Both the position numbers and the translations under genes were made by a program. A stretch of DNA of 64,000 nt. Origin: a virus. A model generated the notes under the pieces. It did not search any database and was not told the origin of the DNA. It worked only from the letters and a program-made list of their open reading frames with translations. Shown here one piece after another: positions 51,369-61,311 of the stretch. The first letter of the stretch is position 1. Each line of letters starts with the position of its first letter. The stretch lies in IMG/VR virus record IMGVR_UViG_3300017589_000061, positions 64,001-128,000 of that record. One strand, 5' to 3'.

Positions 51369-52127
51369 ATGAGTGGATACTTAAAAAAATACATTTCGAA
51401 ATATAGAGTGAAGGCTGATTATGATTTAAGAACAAATGATTTTGTCCGCGATGAAGAAGGGAATTTAGATAAAAGTTTTGATGATTATTACATCCCATGT
51501 GCAAGTAAAGCAAAAATACGACATTACCAACAAAATATATTATTCTATTATTGTCCTTCGGTTGGTAGATTTAGAAATATATTAAAAAAGATATACGAAG
51601 ATAAAATCGGCAGTTTAGAAAAATTTCAAACTGTATCAGTTTCCAAAAAAGGGGAACAACGAATTTCATTTGATGTCGAATCTATGTACAAAGAATTAGT
51701 AGCAGAAAAGGTAGTAGAATATATAGACGAAATGGAGGAAGAAGGAGAGTTTAGATTTAAAACAGATTTGATGGAATACATAGCAAATATTGTTGGAGCA
51801 AAAACTTCTGGATCATCAATCAGTCCATTCTCTCCTAAAAATTTACCTAATAAAAAGATTGATATACCCCTAGAAAATTTGACCAAATACAAAGAAATTA
51901 TCAAAGATTTAGAAAAGAGTGAATTATTAGTGATTAATAGAATACAAAATCAATTTGATAAGGTTATTCAAACTAAAAAAGGTAAGCTATATGACATAAA
52001 CAAGGAAAGAAAATTATCATGTTTGTCAGGGAAGGAGTTTATCTATTCTATCGGATTGTTTGATGATTATTTGAAATTTTTAAAAGATAAGGTATCGAAG
52101 TATCAAAAGGATAAAAACGTGCGTTAA
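51369..52127 (+). CDS. Conserved-looking hypothetical phage protein
   Basis: AAGGAG RBS before ATG 51369; ISPFSPKNLP. Confidence 0.65.
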   Translation: MSGYLKKYISKYRVKADYDLRTNDFVRDEEGNLDKSFDDYYIPCASKAKIRHYQQNILFYYCPSVGRFRNILKKIYEDKIGSLEKFQTVSVSKKGEQRISFDVESMYKELVAEKVVEYIDEMEEEGEFRFKTDLMEYIANIVGAKTSGSSISPFSPKNLPNKKIDIPLENLTKYKEIIKDLEKSELLVINRIQNQFDKVIQTKKGKLYDINKERKLSCLSGKEFIYSIGLFDDYLKFLKDKVSKYQKDKNVR

Positions 52128-52229
52128 AACGTAAATAAAAGACTTGTTTTATAATTTTGATATTCGAAAAATATTTAAATTTATTAGGGTGGCTGATTTA
52201 AAAATAAATTAAAAATACATTGTTATTAA

Positions 52230-52258
52230 TTGACAAAATTCGACAAAAGTGGTACAAT
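52230..52258 (+). promoter_or_regulatory. sigmaA-type promoter with a Spo0A-box-like TTCGACA in the spacer
   Basis: TTGACA-17-TACAAT, TG extension; TTCGACA at 52239. Confidence 0.6.
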
Positions 52259-52283
52259 AAATTTATTCACACTAGGAGGAAAT

Positions 52284-52559
52284 ATGTGTTTGAACTGTGA
52301 AAATAAGGGGTATAGTTATAGGTTGAAAATTAACGGACGAGGATGGGGTAGCAAATTTGACTTAGAAAACATAGAAATTCTTTTATGTAAAAATTGTATC
52401 AATGAATTAAATTTAAAAAGAGAATGGTTTAAAAACAAACGCAATAAAGATGGGGATTACGAACATGAAGATGAATTAGAAGCTTTAATTGATAAGATTG
52501 GATTAAATAAAGTGTTATTGACAAACGTATGTTCGAGTAGTATAATGATGTTAAAATAA
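52284..52559 (+). CDS. Zn-finger hypothetical protein
   Basis: CLNC...RGWGSKFD...LCKNC. Confidence 0.65.
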   Translation: MCLNCENKGYSYRLKINGRGWGSKFDLENIEILLCKNCINELNLKREWFKNKRNKDGDYEHEDELEALIDKIGLNKVLLTNVCSSSIMMLK

Positions 52560-52582
52560 TATAAAAAGGAAGGTATTGACAA

Positions 52583-52900
52583 TTGGATAAATATTATTTA
52601 TTTAAAGTTAGCATCAATGGGGATACGACAACAAGAAAATACGAACAAATTAAAAATGACAACGTTGAATACATAGCATATAACAAATTTCTAATCAACT
52701 GTTATACAAATATTGAAGAAAATGAAGATTACATCGCTTTTGTAAATAACCAAACAGCAATTATAGTATTAAGTGAAGATTGTTTTAATAAGAATGAACT
52801 AGAAGATGTTTTCGAAATATTATATGACAACTTATATATGAATAGGGGTGAGGAAGTTGAAGAAAATAGTAATAGTGAATGGGTATCCAAAATCGGGTAA
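52583..52900 (+). CDS. Hypothetical protein
   Basis: RBS. Confidence 0.6.
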   Translation: MDKYYLFKVSINGDTTTRKYEQIKNDNVEYIAYNKFLINCYTNIEENEDYIAFVNNQTAIIVLSEDCFNKNELEDVFEILYDNLYMNRGEEVEENSNSEWVSKIG

Positions 52901-53360
52901 AACGGAATATGAATTGTTTTTAGCAAAACATACTAGATGTATTATTTATTCTTCTATAACACCAGTTAAAGAATACGCTAAAAAATATTTTGGATGGAGT
53001 GGTAACGAAGATGATAAGACTGAAGATTGGAGAAGATTTTTTTCAGAATTGAAACATATGCTTGTAGCCGAGTTTGACTACATCTTCAAAGATTTAAGTA
53101 CTCAGGTTAATAAGTTTTACAGAGATACTAATGCTGAATTATTATTAATTGATAGTAGAGAACCAGAAGAAATTGAACGGTTTAAAAATCAATTCCAAGC
53201 AATAACAATATTTGTTAAAAATGATAGGGTGGAGAAAATTATGTCCAATGAATCTGATGCAAATGTAGAGAACTATAAGTATGATTATTATATAGATAAT
53301 AATTCTTCGCTTGATGATTTAGAACAAAAAGCTATTGAATTTATTAAAGAATTAAATTAA
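52848..53360 (+). CDS. dNMP-kinase-like P-loop protein
   Basis: NGYPKSGKT, IDSREPEE, YDYYIDNN. Confidence 0.7.
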   Translation: MRKLKKIVIVNGYPKSGKTEYELFLAKHTRCIIYSSITPVKEYAKKYFGWSGNEDDKTEDWRRFFSELKHMLVAEFDYIFKDLSTQVNKFYRDTNAELLLIDSREPEEIERFKNQFQAITIFVKNDRVEKIMSNESDANVENYKYDYYIDNNSSLDDLEQKAIEFIKELN

Positions 53361-53377
53361 AATTGAGAGGACAGAAT

Positions 53378-53977
53378 ATGAAAACAAAAATTAATAAGAT
53401 GGAAAATGATTGGATTAACATAAAAAACAAATGTAGGAATACTGTCAATAAAGAATATACAGACAACGAACCTAAATCATTATTTAAAACAAAATTACTA
53501 ATATCAGAACATTCTCCAATAAGATTATTAAAAGTAGATTGGAGTTGGAAAAATATATTTTCATGGATTGCCACTCAATTTTCCAGATCAAAATGGGAGT
53601 GCTTTATATCAACTCGTAGAAGTGATAGAACTGGTATAGATAGAGGGGTGTTGTCTCAAAATGAATTAGTTAATTTTGATGGAGAAGCTAATGCTCAAAA
53701 TTTAATTGATACTGCGAGAAAAAGACTATGTTTTCAAGCAAGCAAAGAAACTAGAGAATTAATGGAAGATTTGAAAATAACACTAAGGGAAACTGAGCCA
53801 GAATTAGCTGATGTACTAGTTCCAAATTGTATATATCGTTGCTCCTGTCCCGAATTTGAAGAATGTGGATATTTTAAACATATAAAAGAATTATTGACAA
53901 AAGACGAATTAATTGATATTAAATTGAGATATCATTTATATAATGTATATTTTTATGAAAATAATAAATTAAGTTAA
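53378..53977 (+). CDS. ThyX-like flavin-dependent thymidylate synthase
   Basis: SEHSP, RKRLC..AS.ETR, VPNCIYR..CPEF. Confidence 0.6.
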   Translation: MKTKINKMENDWINIKNKCRNTVNKEYTDNEPKSLFKTKLLISEHSPIRLLKVDWSWKNIFSWIATQFSRSKWECFISTRRSDRTGIDRGVLSQNELVNFDGEANAQNLIDTARKRLCFQASKETRELMEDLKITLRETEPELADVLVPNCIYRCSCPEFEECGYFKHIKELLTKDELIDIKLRYHLYNVYFYENNKLS

Positions 53978-54004
53978 AAATTATCTTTTATCGGGAGGAT
54001 TAAA

Positions 54005-54670
54005 ATGAGTAGTTGGAATGGAAAAATAATATGTACGCAAAGTTTTTATGGTAATGTTTTTAATGAACAAGAAATTTATAATATTAAAAATGGTTGTTTC
54101 CAAAAGGGGATATTTGATAAAGAATTTGAGAATATAGATGAAATAAATAGTTACTTTTCGGCTAAATTTGAAGAAATTACAGAAAATAATTATGTTAACC
54201 TAAATAAACGTTGCAATTACAACGTTTCTAAAAGTGATTTACCTAATAAAATCCCTGTTTTATGTGAAATTTTAAATGTTGAACCACTGAAAAAATTTGG
54301 CATTCAATTATCCAAAGAGAAATATTATATTGATACATACGGACACTTATTGACTGAATGTGGAACAAGTAAAGATGAATATGTTCCATATCTAATTTCA
54401 GGCGAATATAAAATAGTAAAATTGCCATTTTATTCGTTTGCTGAAGATGAAAGGATTATTATGAAAGGTTTATTATTGAATGATTATAATTACATAGCAA
54501 GAGATGAAGATAATGATTTATGGGCTTATCAACTTAAACCTTTGGAAGATGAATCAGGCGAATATGATGCTGATGATGGAGATTTTTCAAAACTAAACAA
54601 TGGATTCTTTAAACAAGTCCAATGGGGAAATGTACTTGACATTAAAGCTGAAATTGATAGATTAAATTAA
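54005..54670 (+). CDS. Hypothetical protein
   Basis: GGAGG RBS; YIARDED motif. Confidence 0.65.
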   Translation: MSSWNGKIICTQSFYGNVFNEQEIYNIKNGCFQKGIFDKEFENIDEINSYFSAKFEEITENNYVNLNKRCNYNVSKSDLPNKIPVLCEILNVEPLKKFGIQLSKEKYYIDTYGHLLTECGTSKDEYVPYLISGEYKIVKLPFYSFAEDERIIMKGLLLNDYNYIARDEDNDLWAYQLKPLEDESGEYDADDGDFSKLNNGFFKQVQWGNVLDIKAEIDRLN

Positions 54671-54682
54671 AAGGAGAGTATT

Positions 54683-54946
54683 ATGATAAGTTTATACATA
54701 TATAGCATTTTAATTACAATGGTAGCTTTTATTCTTATATGGATTCTTTACCAATCAAATGAAGAAATTAAAAATTTAAAAAAAACAAGTGAATGGACAA
54801 TTAATTATATAAGAAAATTTTATGAAGGAAACATTGAGTATTATGACGAAAAAATTAAACAGTGTGAAAATCAAATTTGTGAAGATACTGATTTAATTAA
54901 TAAATTAAGAAAAGAATATCAGAGGTTAAAAGATAGCAAATGGTAG
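54683..54946 (+). CDS. Membrane-anchored coiled-coil protein
   Basis: N-terminal TM. Confidence 0.6.
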   Translation: MISLYIYSILITMVAFILIWILYQSNEEIKNLKKTSEWTINYIRKFYEGNIEYYDEKIKQCENQICEDTDLINKLRKEYQRLKDSKW

Positions 54947-55011
54947 TTGACAAGAAGGTTTAATATGGTACAATGTAGTATATATGACAATCTTTATATT
55001 ATTTGCAAAAA

Positions 55012-55054
55012 AAAATAAGGATACCGAGTTTTTAGCTCAAAGTATCCTTATTTT
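55012..55054. terminator. Bidirectional terminator at convergence of early and late blocks
   Basis: AAAATAAGGATAC...GTATCCTTATTTT stem with A and T tails. Confidence 0.75.
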
Positions 55055-55079
55055 AGTATTAAATTTCGTGATTTATCTT

Positions 55080-55538
55080 TTAATTTAATTCATCGTCATA
55101 TTCAAATATATATTCAACCGAAGGCGATTTGCCTTTTATATATTCCATTTTTAAATTAACATCTTTAATTTGTATATAACTATCATCTTCTAATAATCCA
55201 TACTTAGTCATAGGATCAAGATAAAACTTTAAACATATACAATAATTATCATAATCTCTGCGAATACGATTATGCCAAATAAAGTGTACGGTCAGTGTAC
55301 AATCTTTTAATTTTAACGAAGGAATATTGTAATAGTGTAGCACCCACTCAACAAATTCCGAATACTTCACCTTTTCTCCAGCTTGTACGATACGAACCAT
55401 TGCAGTAAATTCATTGAGTGATATTGCAGTTGGTTTAAGTTTTAAGACTTTCCTTCTTGGATATTTCTTAAAATAATACTCTGTATATTTATCTACCATT
55501 TCTTGGTTGAATAATATTCTCACTTCTTTTTTAGCCAT
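55080..55538 (-). CDS. RusA-like Holliday junction resolvase
   Basis: RRDYDN...K..LD....GLLEDDS. Confidence 0.75.
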   Translation of the reverse strand: MAKKEVRILFNQEMVDKYTEYYFKKYPRRKVLKLKPTAISLNEFTAMVRIVQAGEKVKYSEFVEWVLHYYNIPSLKLKDCTLTVHFIWHNRIRRDYDNYCICLKFYLDPMTKYGLLEDDSYIQIKDVNLKMEYIKGKSPSVEYIFEYDDELN

Positions 55539-57398
55539 CTATTTTTCACACCCTTCAATGAATTTTTTATAATCTTCATTTTTGAGTATTAAAAAAGGAT
55601 AGCCATTTGAACCTATCCCAAAGTATTCTTTCAATTGTTTATTTGCTCTAACACGAATTAAATCATTGCCTTCTAATATTTCTTGTATGCTACGTTTTAA
55701 TTGAGTTTTTACTGTATCCTCTTTTACATTTTGTTCTTTAGAATACATTTTAATTACATCTTTTTCAGTAGTATAGCCTTGATTACTTATAAAAAATATA
55801 ATATACTTAACTATTTCTTCTGTACGTAATTCTGAAATCTTACTTACTCCGTTAGCATTAGCTTGTATATATTGTGGATAAACTTTATTTGCTTTTTCTT
55901 CGCCAAAAGTTCTTAATATGTATTCACGACTTATCCCTTTTAGTGTAATATTCTTGTCTTTTAATTCTTGAGCAAGTTCTTCACTATCTTCTAATTGTAA
56001 TATTCCATACTCACTAAAAGAATAAAAATTTGTTAATTTTTTAAAGTTATATTTTGCACTTATATGTTTAGCTTTCTTCAATTCATTTTCAGGAATATCT
56101 TCCAGTGAAACTTTTTCAATCATATTCAACAACGCAAATAATGTTAGTGATTGTGAAAGTGTATTTGGTTTATTTGGATTTATACCACACACATTCATTA
56201 AGGTTTTATAACTTGCATAGAACAAAGGCTTATCATTATGTGTAATGGATTCATTTATATAATTTGTAAAGTGTAATAATATACTTTTAATATGAGGTTT
56301 CCTTGTCCTGATTAAACTTGATAAATAGGGAAAATTCATTTTAAATTCATCACTATCTAAATAATTTGCACTATCAAGCATTAATTGTTTCTGTCTTATA
56401 GTCCATTCTGATTCTTTTAATTCTAAATTATAGATACATTTAATAAATTCTATTGATTCACTTCTTTTACATCTTGCTAACTCTTCGGTTATACTAATTA
56501 TTGTTCTAGTTTTACCACAACCATGACAATAATAAAGTGGTGTGCCATCATCTGATATGAATATTCTTGCTGAAGGATTGTTGTCTTGGTGTTTAGGTAA
56601 AATACAATTAAAGTTTTCGCCAATGGTTAATCCAAGATATTCTGATATATCTATATTATTTATGAAGTCATACAAATCTTGTTGGCAACTAAACACTAAG
56701 GGGGTTTTAGGGGTACTATATAAAGAAGGTTTATTTAGTTCTTTATTACGTACCCCTTTTCTCAAATCTATTAGTTGAGCTAACACATTAACGTTCATAT
56801 TCTTAATAGCTTCTATATTCATATTAGCATTTGTATTAATTTGATTATAAGTATTGGGTTTGTTTTTAATTTCTTTTTTATTATAATATTTAGCCACAAC
56901 TTCACTTCCTTTAATAATACTGTTGCAGTTTTCATATATCAATTTTCTACCACCAAAGAATATTCTACTTGCATCCATTGTTTGTTTGTCACAGTTATCA
57001 AAAGCAAGTATTAAACTCTTTTGCAGTTTATTTCTCTCATCTAGATTAGTTATAACTTCGTCATTACAGAATACTAATCTAAATTTATGGCATATAGGCG
57101 TATGACTGAATGTTGTATAACCAAAACAAGGAATAATATTTAATTCCTTACATCTATTTAATTCAGTTTCTATGTCTGAATTATTGTCAAAATCTAATGC
57201 AAATAATTGTTGTGAAATAAAGTCATTACTCGTTCTACCATTTAAATATGCTGGTTTAAAAGTACAACCTTGTGCCAAATTATTTGCTAAATCTTTAATT
57301 TTCATTTCAGTTTGTTGTAATCTATTTTGTAACTTTTTAACTTCATTTGTATCTGGTTTGCTAATATATTTTGTATTGTCAAACATTATTTTAATCAT
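55539..57398 (-). CDS. Replication initiator/primase-like protein with CHC2-type Zn finger
   Basis: FALDFDN, YTTFSH..KFRLVF, CILPKHQDNNPS...YYCHGC. Confidence 0.6.
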   Translation of the reverse strand: MIKIMFDNTKYISKPDTNEVKKLQNRLQQTEMKIKDLANNLAQGCTFKPAYLNGRTSNDFISQQLFALDFDNNSDIETELNRCKELNIIPCFGYTTFSHTPICHKFRLVFCNDEVITNLDERNKLQKSLILAFDNCDKQTMDASRIFFGGRKLIYENCNSIIKGSEVVAKYYNKKEIKNKPNTYNQINTNANMNIEAIKNMNVNVLAQLIDLRKGVRNKELNKPSLYSTPKTPLVFSCQQDLYDFINNIDISEYLGLTIGENFNCILPKHQDNNPSARIFISDDGTPLYYCHGCGKTRTIISITEELARCKRSESIEFIKCIYNLELKESEWTIRQKQLMLDSANYLDSDEFKMNFPYLSSLIRTRKPHIKSILLHFTNYINESITHNDKPLFYASYKTLMNVCGINPNKPNTLSQSLTLFALLNMIEKVSLEDIPENELKKAKHISAKYNFKKLTNFYSFSEYGILQLEDSEELAQELKDKNITLKGISREYILRTFGEEKANKVYPQYIQANANGVSKISELRTEEIVKYIIFFISNQGYTTEKDVIKMYSKEQNVKEDTVKTQLKRSIQEILEGNDLIRVRANKQLKEYFGIGSNGYPFLILKNEDYKKFIEGCEK

Positions 57399-57432
57399 TA
57401 TTTGTTTACCTTCTCATATTTAGTATTTTAAT

Positions 57433-57606
57433 TTATTTTTCTACATACATTTTAAATATTTCTTCAAATTCAGGAGTATTGTCATATTTCCAAACTAATA
57501 ATCTAGCATTGGTTAAATTTATATCTGTTTTCATTGGATAAATATTATGTTCTGCCAATAAGGTATATAATCTTTTACTATAAACCATTTGAAATTCTTT
57601 TCTCAT
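57433..57606 (-). CDS. Small hypothetical protein, 57 aa (not in track)
   Basis: GGAG RBS; MRKEFQMVYSKRL...YVEK*. Confidence 0.55.
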   Translation of the reverse strand: MRKEFQMVYSKRLYTLLAEHNIYPMKTDINLTNARLLVWKYDNTPEFEEIFKMYVEK

Positions 57607-57679
57607 CTTTTAATCTCCATTCATATTTAGTATAATAAAAGAGCCATTCTAATTGAACAGCTCTCCTTTTAATTTAATT

Positions 57680-58708
57680 TTATAAATTTTTTATATCTTT
57701 CTTTTCAATTTCTTTAATTCCATTTTCATCAAAATATTCACCTAAAATATCATCAACCTGATTGTCATCGTAAATGTCGATCATCGAAGTGCTATCCCAT
57801 GACGAAATATCTTTTATAATATTTGCTGGGACGTTTGCACTGACAAGACCAGTAGTAAAATTATGTCTTAACGAATGCCAATAAAAATCAACATTTAAAT
57901 ACTTACCAAATGATTCAGCATAATAATTTAAACTTGCTTCAGTCATACATTGCCATTTATCATCTTTTTTAATAACAAGTAAATCGTCAATACTTACTCC
58001 CAATTTTTCTCTTTCAATCATCCATAAATCAAAGTAGGGTTTAAATTTATTCTTTAATGTGTACTTAAAAATTTGCTTCCCAGCCTTACTTCGCCCTTTT
58101 GATTTTATCTTTTCTGGTGTTTTGTAAAGCGAACCATATAAAATATTTTCTTCATCGAAAAATGAAGTTTTAAATCTTAACAATTCTGATTTTCTACTAC
58201 CCGAACCCCAAGCAAGAGCTAATGCACAAGCTTGTTGATATTCTTTATTCTCAACTAAATAATCAAGTAATTTTTGAACATCTTCATCTTGTAATATTGT
58301 TTTTTCTCTAACTGGATTTTTAGCTGGAGCAGGAATTTTATTAATTATATTTCTAAAATTCGGGTATAAATCGTCCATTATTGCTTCGATATAGTTACTC
58401 ATACTGCTTAATGAAGCTCTTAATCTTCTTATCCTATTAGATGATAAATGCATAATATTTAACATATAATTTTGAAATTTTATTAAATCACGTTTTGTAA
58501 AATCAACAAAATATTTGTTATTATTATTTTCTAAATTCCAAATATAAAATATTTTTATATCTGAAGTATAATTTTTAACAGTCAAATCACTTCTGTCTAT
58601 TGAATTAAGATAATCACAAAATTCCTCAAGCAACTGCTTATTTTCTTCTAATACTAAATCATAATTACCTTCGCTTACTACATTATTATATACCGTACCT
58701 CTAGCCAA
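57680..58708 (-). CDS. Tyrosine recombinase
   Basis: SGSRKSEL, KSKG, HSLRH, SSW, IDIY. Confidence 0.85.
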   Translation of the reverse strand: MARGTVYNNVVSEGNYDLVLEENKQLLEEFCDYLNSIDRSDLTVKNYTSDIKIFYIWNLENNNNKYFVDFTKRDLIKFQNYMLNIMHLSSNRIRRLRASLSSMSNYIEAIMDDLYPNFRNIINKIPAPAKNPVREKTILQDEDVQKLLDYLVENKEYQQACALALAWGSGSRKSELLRFKTSFFDEENILYGSLYKTPEKIKSKGRSKAGKQIFKYTLKNKFKPYFDLWMIEREKLGVSIDDLLVIKKDDKWQCMTEASLNYYAESFGKYLNVDFYWHSLRHNFTTGLVSANVPANIIKDISSWDSTSMIDIYDDNQVDDILGEYFDENGIKEIEKKDIKNL

Positions 58709-58726
58709 AATCTCAACTTCTTTCTC

Positions 58727-59056
58727 TTATATTCCTATTTGCTTAAATGCTGTTCCTAATATTGCCATAACTACAGCACCAATTATAATCCAAATTAGTT
58801 TGTCCCATTTCTTGGCATCTTTTCTATCTGATTTATTTTTAACTTCATCCATATCACATCTTAAATCACCAATATCCTTTTTAATACCGCTAATTTCAGT
58901 ATTTGTAGTTCCTATTTTTTCAACAAGAAGCTTGATATTAGTGTTCATCTCATACATCATCTTTTGAGTATCTTTTAAATCTTTAATATCATCTTTAATA
59001 TTTTCTATTTCTACAGTGTGTTGAGCTACTGTCTCAACGATTTTTTCATTTTCCAA
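58727..59056 (-). CDS. XhlA-like/coiled-coil membrane protein of lysis cassette
   Basis: Coiled coil plus C-terminal TM KWDKLIWIIIGAVV. Confidence 0.6.
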   Translation of the reverse strand: MENEKIVETVAQHTVEIENIKDDIKDLKDTQKMMYEMNTNIKLLVEKIGTTNTEISGIKKDIGDLRCDMDEVKNKSDRKDAKKWDKLIWIIIGAVVMAILGTAFKQIGI

Positions 59057-59140
59057 TTTTACACCTCATAAAAGTTGAATTTTATCTGTTATTATCTTTT
59101 TTTTAACTTGATTTTTTCAAACTTTATGATATAATTAATA

Positions 59141-59197
59141 AAACTCATCAGAGTTTTTGGGAGCAGGATGTCTTGATAGGTAAACTGCTCCTTTTTT
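59141..59197 (+). ncRNA. Putative small antisense RNA inside lysis cassette
   Basis: TTGATT..TGATATAAT promoter 59108-59135; hairpins AAAACTC/GAGTTTT and GGAGCAG/CTGCTCC followed by T-run. Confidence 0.4.
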
Positions 59198-59206
59198 AAT
59201 ATCATT

Positions 59207-59557
59207 TTACTTACCTTCACCAATGTCTATATGTCCTTTAATTAAATCTACAAACTTAACTGATACCTGTGTTGCATAAAATACGAACCCAGACAAAAGT
59301 ATTAAATAACAAGCTGTCAACAAATTAACTTCTTCACCATTTACATTTACTGCTATAATATCAGGGTTAATAAATCCTGCATAATAAGTTGCGAAAAAAC
59401 AAAATGCTATAATTATACCTTTAATTATTCCTTGAAAAAGTTTCTTTTTATCAAATGCTTGGTTAAATAATGCCGAAAATGATCCTAAAACTATATTAAC
59501 TACTATTAAAATTACTAATCCTTTTGCAAGGTTAAGTGTACTTAATTCAATAAACAT
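59207..59557 (-). CDS. Holin
   Basis: Three TM helices, directly after endolysin. Confidence 0.7.
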   Translation of the reverse strand: MFIELSTLNLAKGLVILIVVNIVLGSFSALFNQAFDKKKLFQGIIKGIIIAFCFFATYYAGFINPDIIAVNVNGEEVNLLTACYLILLSGFVFYATQVSVKFVDLIKGHIDIGEGK

Positions 59558-59573
59558 TCTTTTAATCTCCTTT

Positions 59574-60941
59574 TTAATTTAAATTAAATCTTATTATATT
59601 ATGTATTCGTCTTGAATTTTCACCTTCAAATACATATTCACCATTGGCATCCATAAAAGTTGATCCACCCGAATCTAATGATATAGCAAAATTATATGCC
59701 TCACCTGTACTATTATCTGAAATTATTTTTAACAATTCACCATGAGAAACATTCTTAACAGTTAATAAATATACTTTATTTAGTCTTTTATTGTATCCTA
59801 ATACAGTTTTATTTGTTTTTCTTAATACATCCGAATAATCAACCCATTTATTATCTTGTTTTCTATATCCACCTTTAAAACCTTCGGTTACGGGACTATA
59901 CTTAAAATTATTATCTTGTGTATTTTTAAGACCAAGTCCTCCAATTACCAAACTAATTTTATTTAAATCTAATTCATTTAAAAAGTTAATTCTCTTTAAA
60001 TCAACTGTATTATCCTTATAAATTATAAAAACTGATTGTGGTGTTCCAAAATCATAATAATGATTGGCTACATCTTGATATGTTTTACCATCTACATATA
60101 AAATACTTGTTGCATAAGTAGTACCATCTGGATTTCGCCAATAATATGTTCCGTTGGTGCAGTTTGTAAATTCAGTAATATCCCATATTTTTTTATCTAC
60201 AATAGCAACATCTAATAACTCTGGATTTCCTTTTAATTCAGTCATATTGCTATATTTTTTAAAATCAACTTTTGGTTTTTCGGCTATTGGTGCTACTATT
60301 ACATCTTCAATAACTTCACCATTTATAGCTTTTGCCAAACTAATAATCATTGATTCTGCATATTGATAATCAGTCAAATATTTCATACTAATATCTTCTA
60401 ATTTTGCTTTTTCTCTTATTATTTGCTTTGCTTTATCAAATTCCATTTTTTTCATCTCCTTTTTTATATTATCAATGAATACATCCCAATGTGGCAATAT
60501 CAATCTAGGACAAATTTTACCACTCCAATGTTTATGTGGTACAACTTTATCAATAGTAATTCCAGTAGCCTTTAATAATTCGGCTACAAATTTAATTGCT
60601 AATTCTTCAGCACCGTCTACTTCAGCAATTTCTATAGCTATTGATTTTCTATTACCATCACCATTTAACCCATCGCCAGAATTCCAACTAGCTTCAATAA
60701 TAGGTATTTCTTGATAAACTTCATTTGCCCCAACTGTAAAATGCCAAGAAACATATCCTGTAGCAGTATCTACATATTCACTATTTGCCTTAGCACTTGT
60801 ATTTGTGTTGCCAGTGTTATGTATTGTAATATACTCAGGATTCATTTTATATTGTGATCTGCTGGTAGCATTGCTTATTGGAATTAAATCTTGAATTATG
60901 TTAATTGTATCAGAACTTACAATTCCATTTTTAATTAACAT
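59574..60941 (-). CDS. Endolysin: amidase_2 plus phosphodiester-glycosidase-like C-terminal domain
   Basis: YITIHNT, SWHFTV, GNRKSIAIEI, PHKHWSGKICP; C-terminal AISLDSGGST. Confidence 0.85.
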   Translation of the reverse strand: MLIKNGIVSSDTINIIQDLIPISNATSRSQYKMNPEYITIHNTGNTNTSAKANSEYVDTATGYVSWHFTVGANEVYQEIPIIEASWNSGDGLNGDGNRKSIAIEIAEVDGAEELAIKFVAELLKATGITIDKVVPHKHWSGKICPRLILPHWDVFIDNIKKEMKKMEFDKAKQIIREKAKLEDISMKYLTDYQYAESMIISLAKAINGEVIEDVIVAPIAEKPKVDFKKYSNMTELKGNPELLDVAIVDKKIWDITEFTNCTNGTYYWRNPDGTTYATSILYVDGKTYQDVANHYYDFGTPQSVFIIYKDNTVDLKRINFLNELDLNKISLVIGGLGLKNTQDNNFKYSPVTEGFKGGYRKQDNKWVDYSDVLRKTNKTVLGYNKRLNKVYLLTVKNVSHGELLKIISDNSTGEAYNFAISLDSGGSTFMDANGEYVFEGENSRRIHNIIRFNLN

Positions 60942-60962
60942 CTTTTACACATCCTTTATATT

Positions 60963-60989
60963 AAAAAGAGTGTCAAGTTTATGACACTC
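60963..60989 (-). terminator. Rho-independent terminator
   Basis: GAGTGTCA/TGACACTC stem with U-tail on minus strand. Confidence 0.65.
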
Positions 60990-61002
60990 ACAAAATTAAA
61001 TT

Positions 61003-61233
61003 TTATTTTTCAGGAACTTTTAACATTTCTTCAATTTCTACGTCCATTGTTTCGTAGTCTAAATTTTCACAACCAGTAAAATTGTATTTGTAAATTGTTT
61101 CAGTATTTCTATTTCTTACATGAGCTACTAATATATCAGTAGCAACTCCCATATCAACTTCTTTTTCTCTTGATATAGTTTTTCTTTCTTCTAAATATTT
61201 TTGTTCAAATTTTTCTCTTAATTCAATTATCAT
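61003..61233 (-). CDS. Hypothetical protein directly downstream of recombinase site
   Basis: AGGAG RBS. Confidence 0.7.
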   Translation of the reverse strand: MIIELREKFEQKYLEERKTISREKEVDMGVATDILVAHVRNRNTETIYKYNFTGCENLDYETMDVEIEEMLKVPEK

Positions 61234-61311
61234 TTTTATCTCCTAATTTTTGATTTTTATATTAAAAAAGTGTTGAAATTCCAACACTATAATTCGGATA
61301 AAATGTGACTT

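Larger units (their letters stand above)
1863..61285. repeat. Dispersed 14-bp palindrome RTTGAAATTTCAAY (14 copies), each next to an 18-bp site
   Basis: Starts at 1863,10181,10993,12128,12943,15313,18674,20917,23316,37266,40713,41394,47976,61272. Confidence 0.9.

Noticed and set aside
1268-54428. Minus-strand ORFs in the early block (and plus-strand ORFs after 55080)
   Set aside because: Antisense shadows of RBS-led genes with atypical composition
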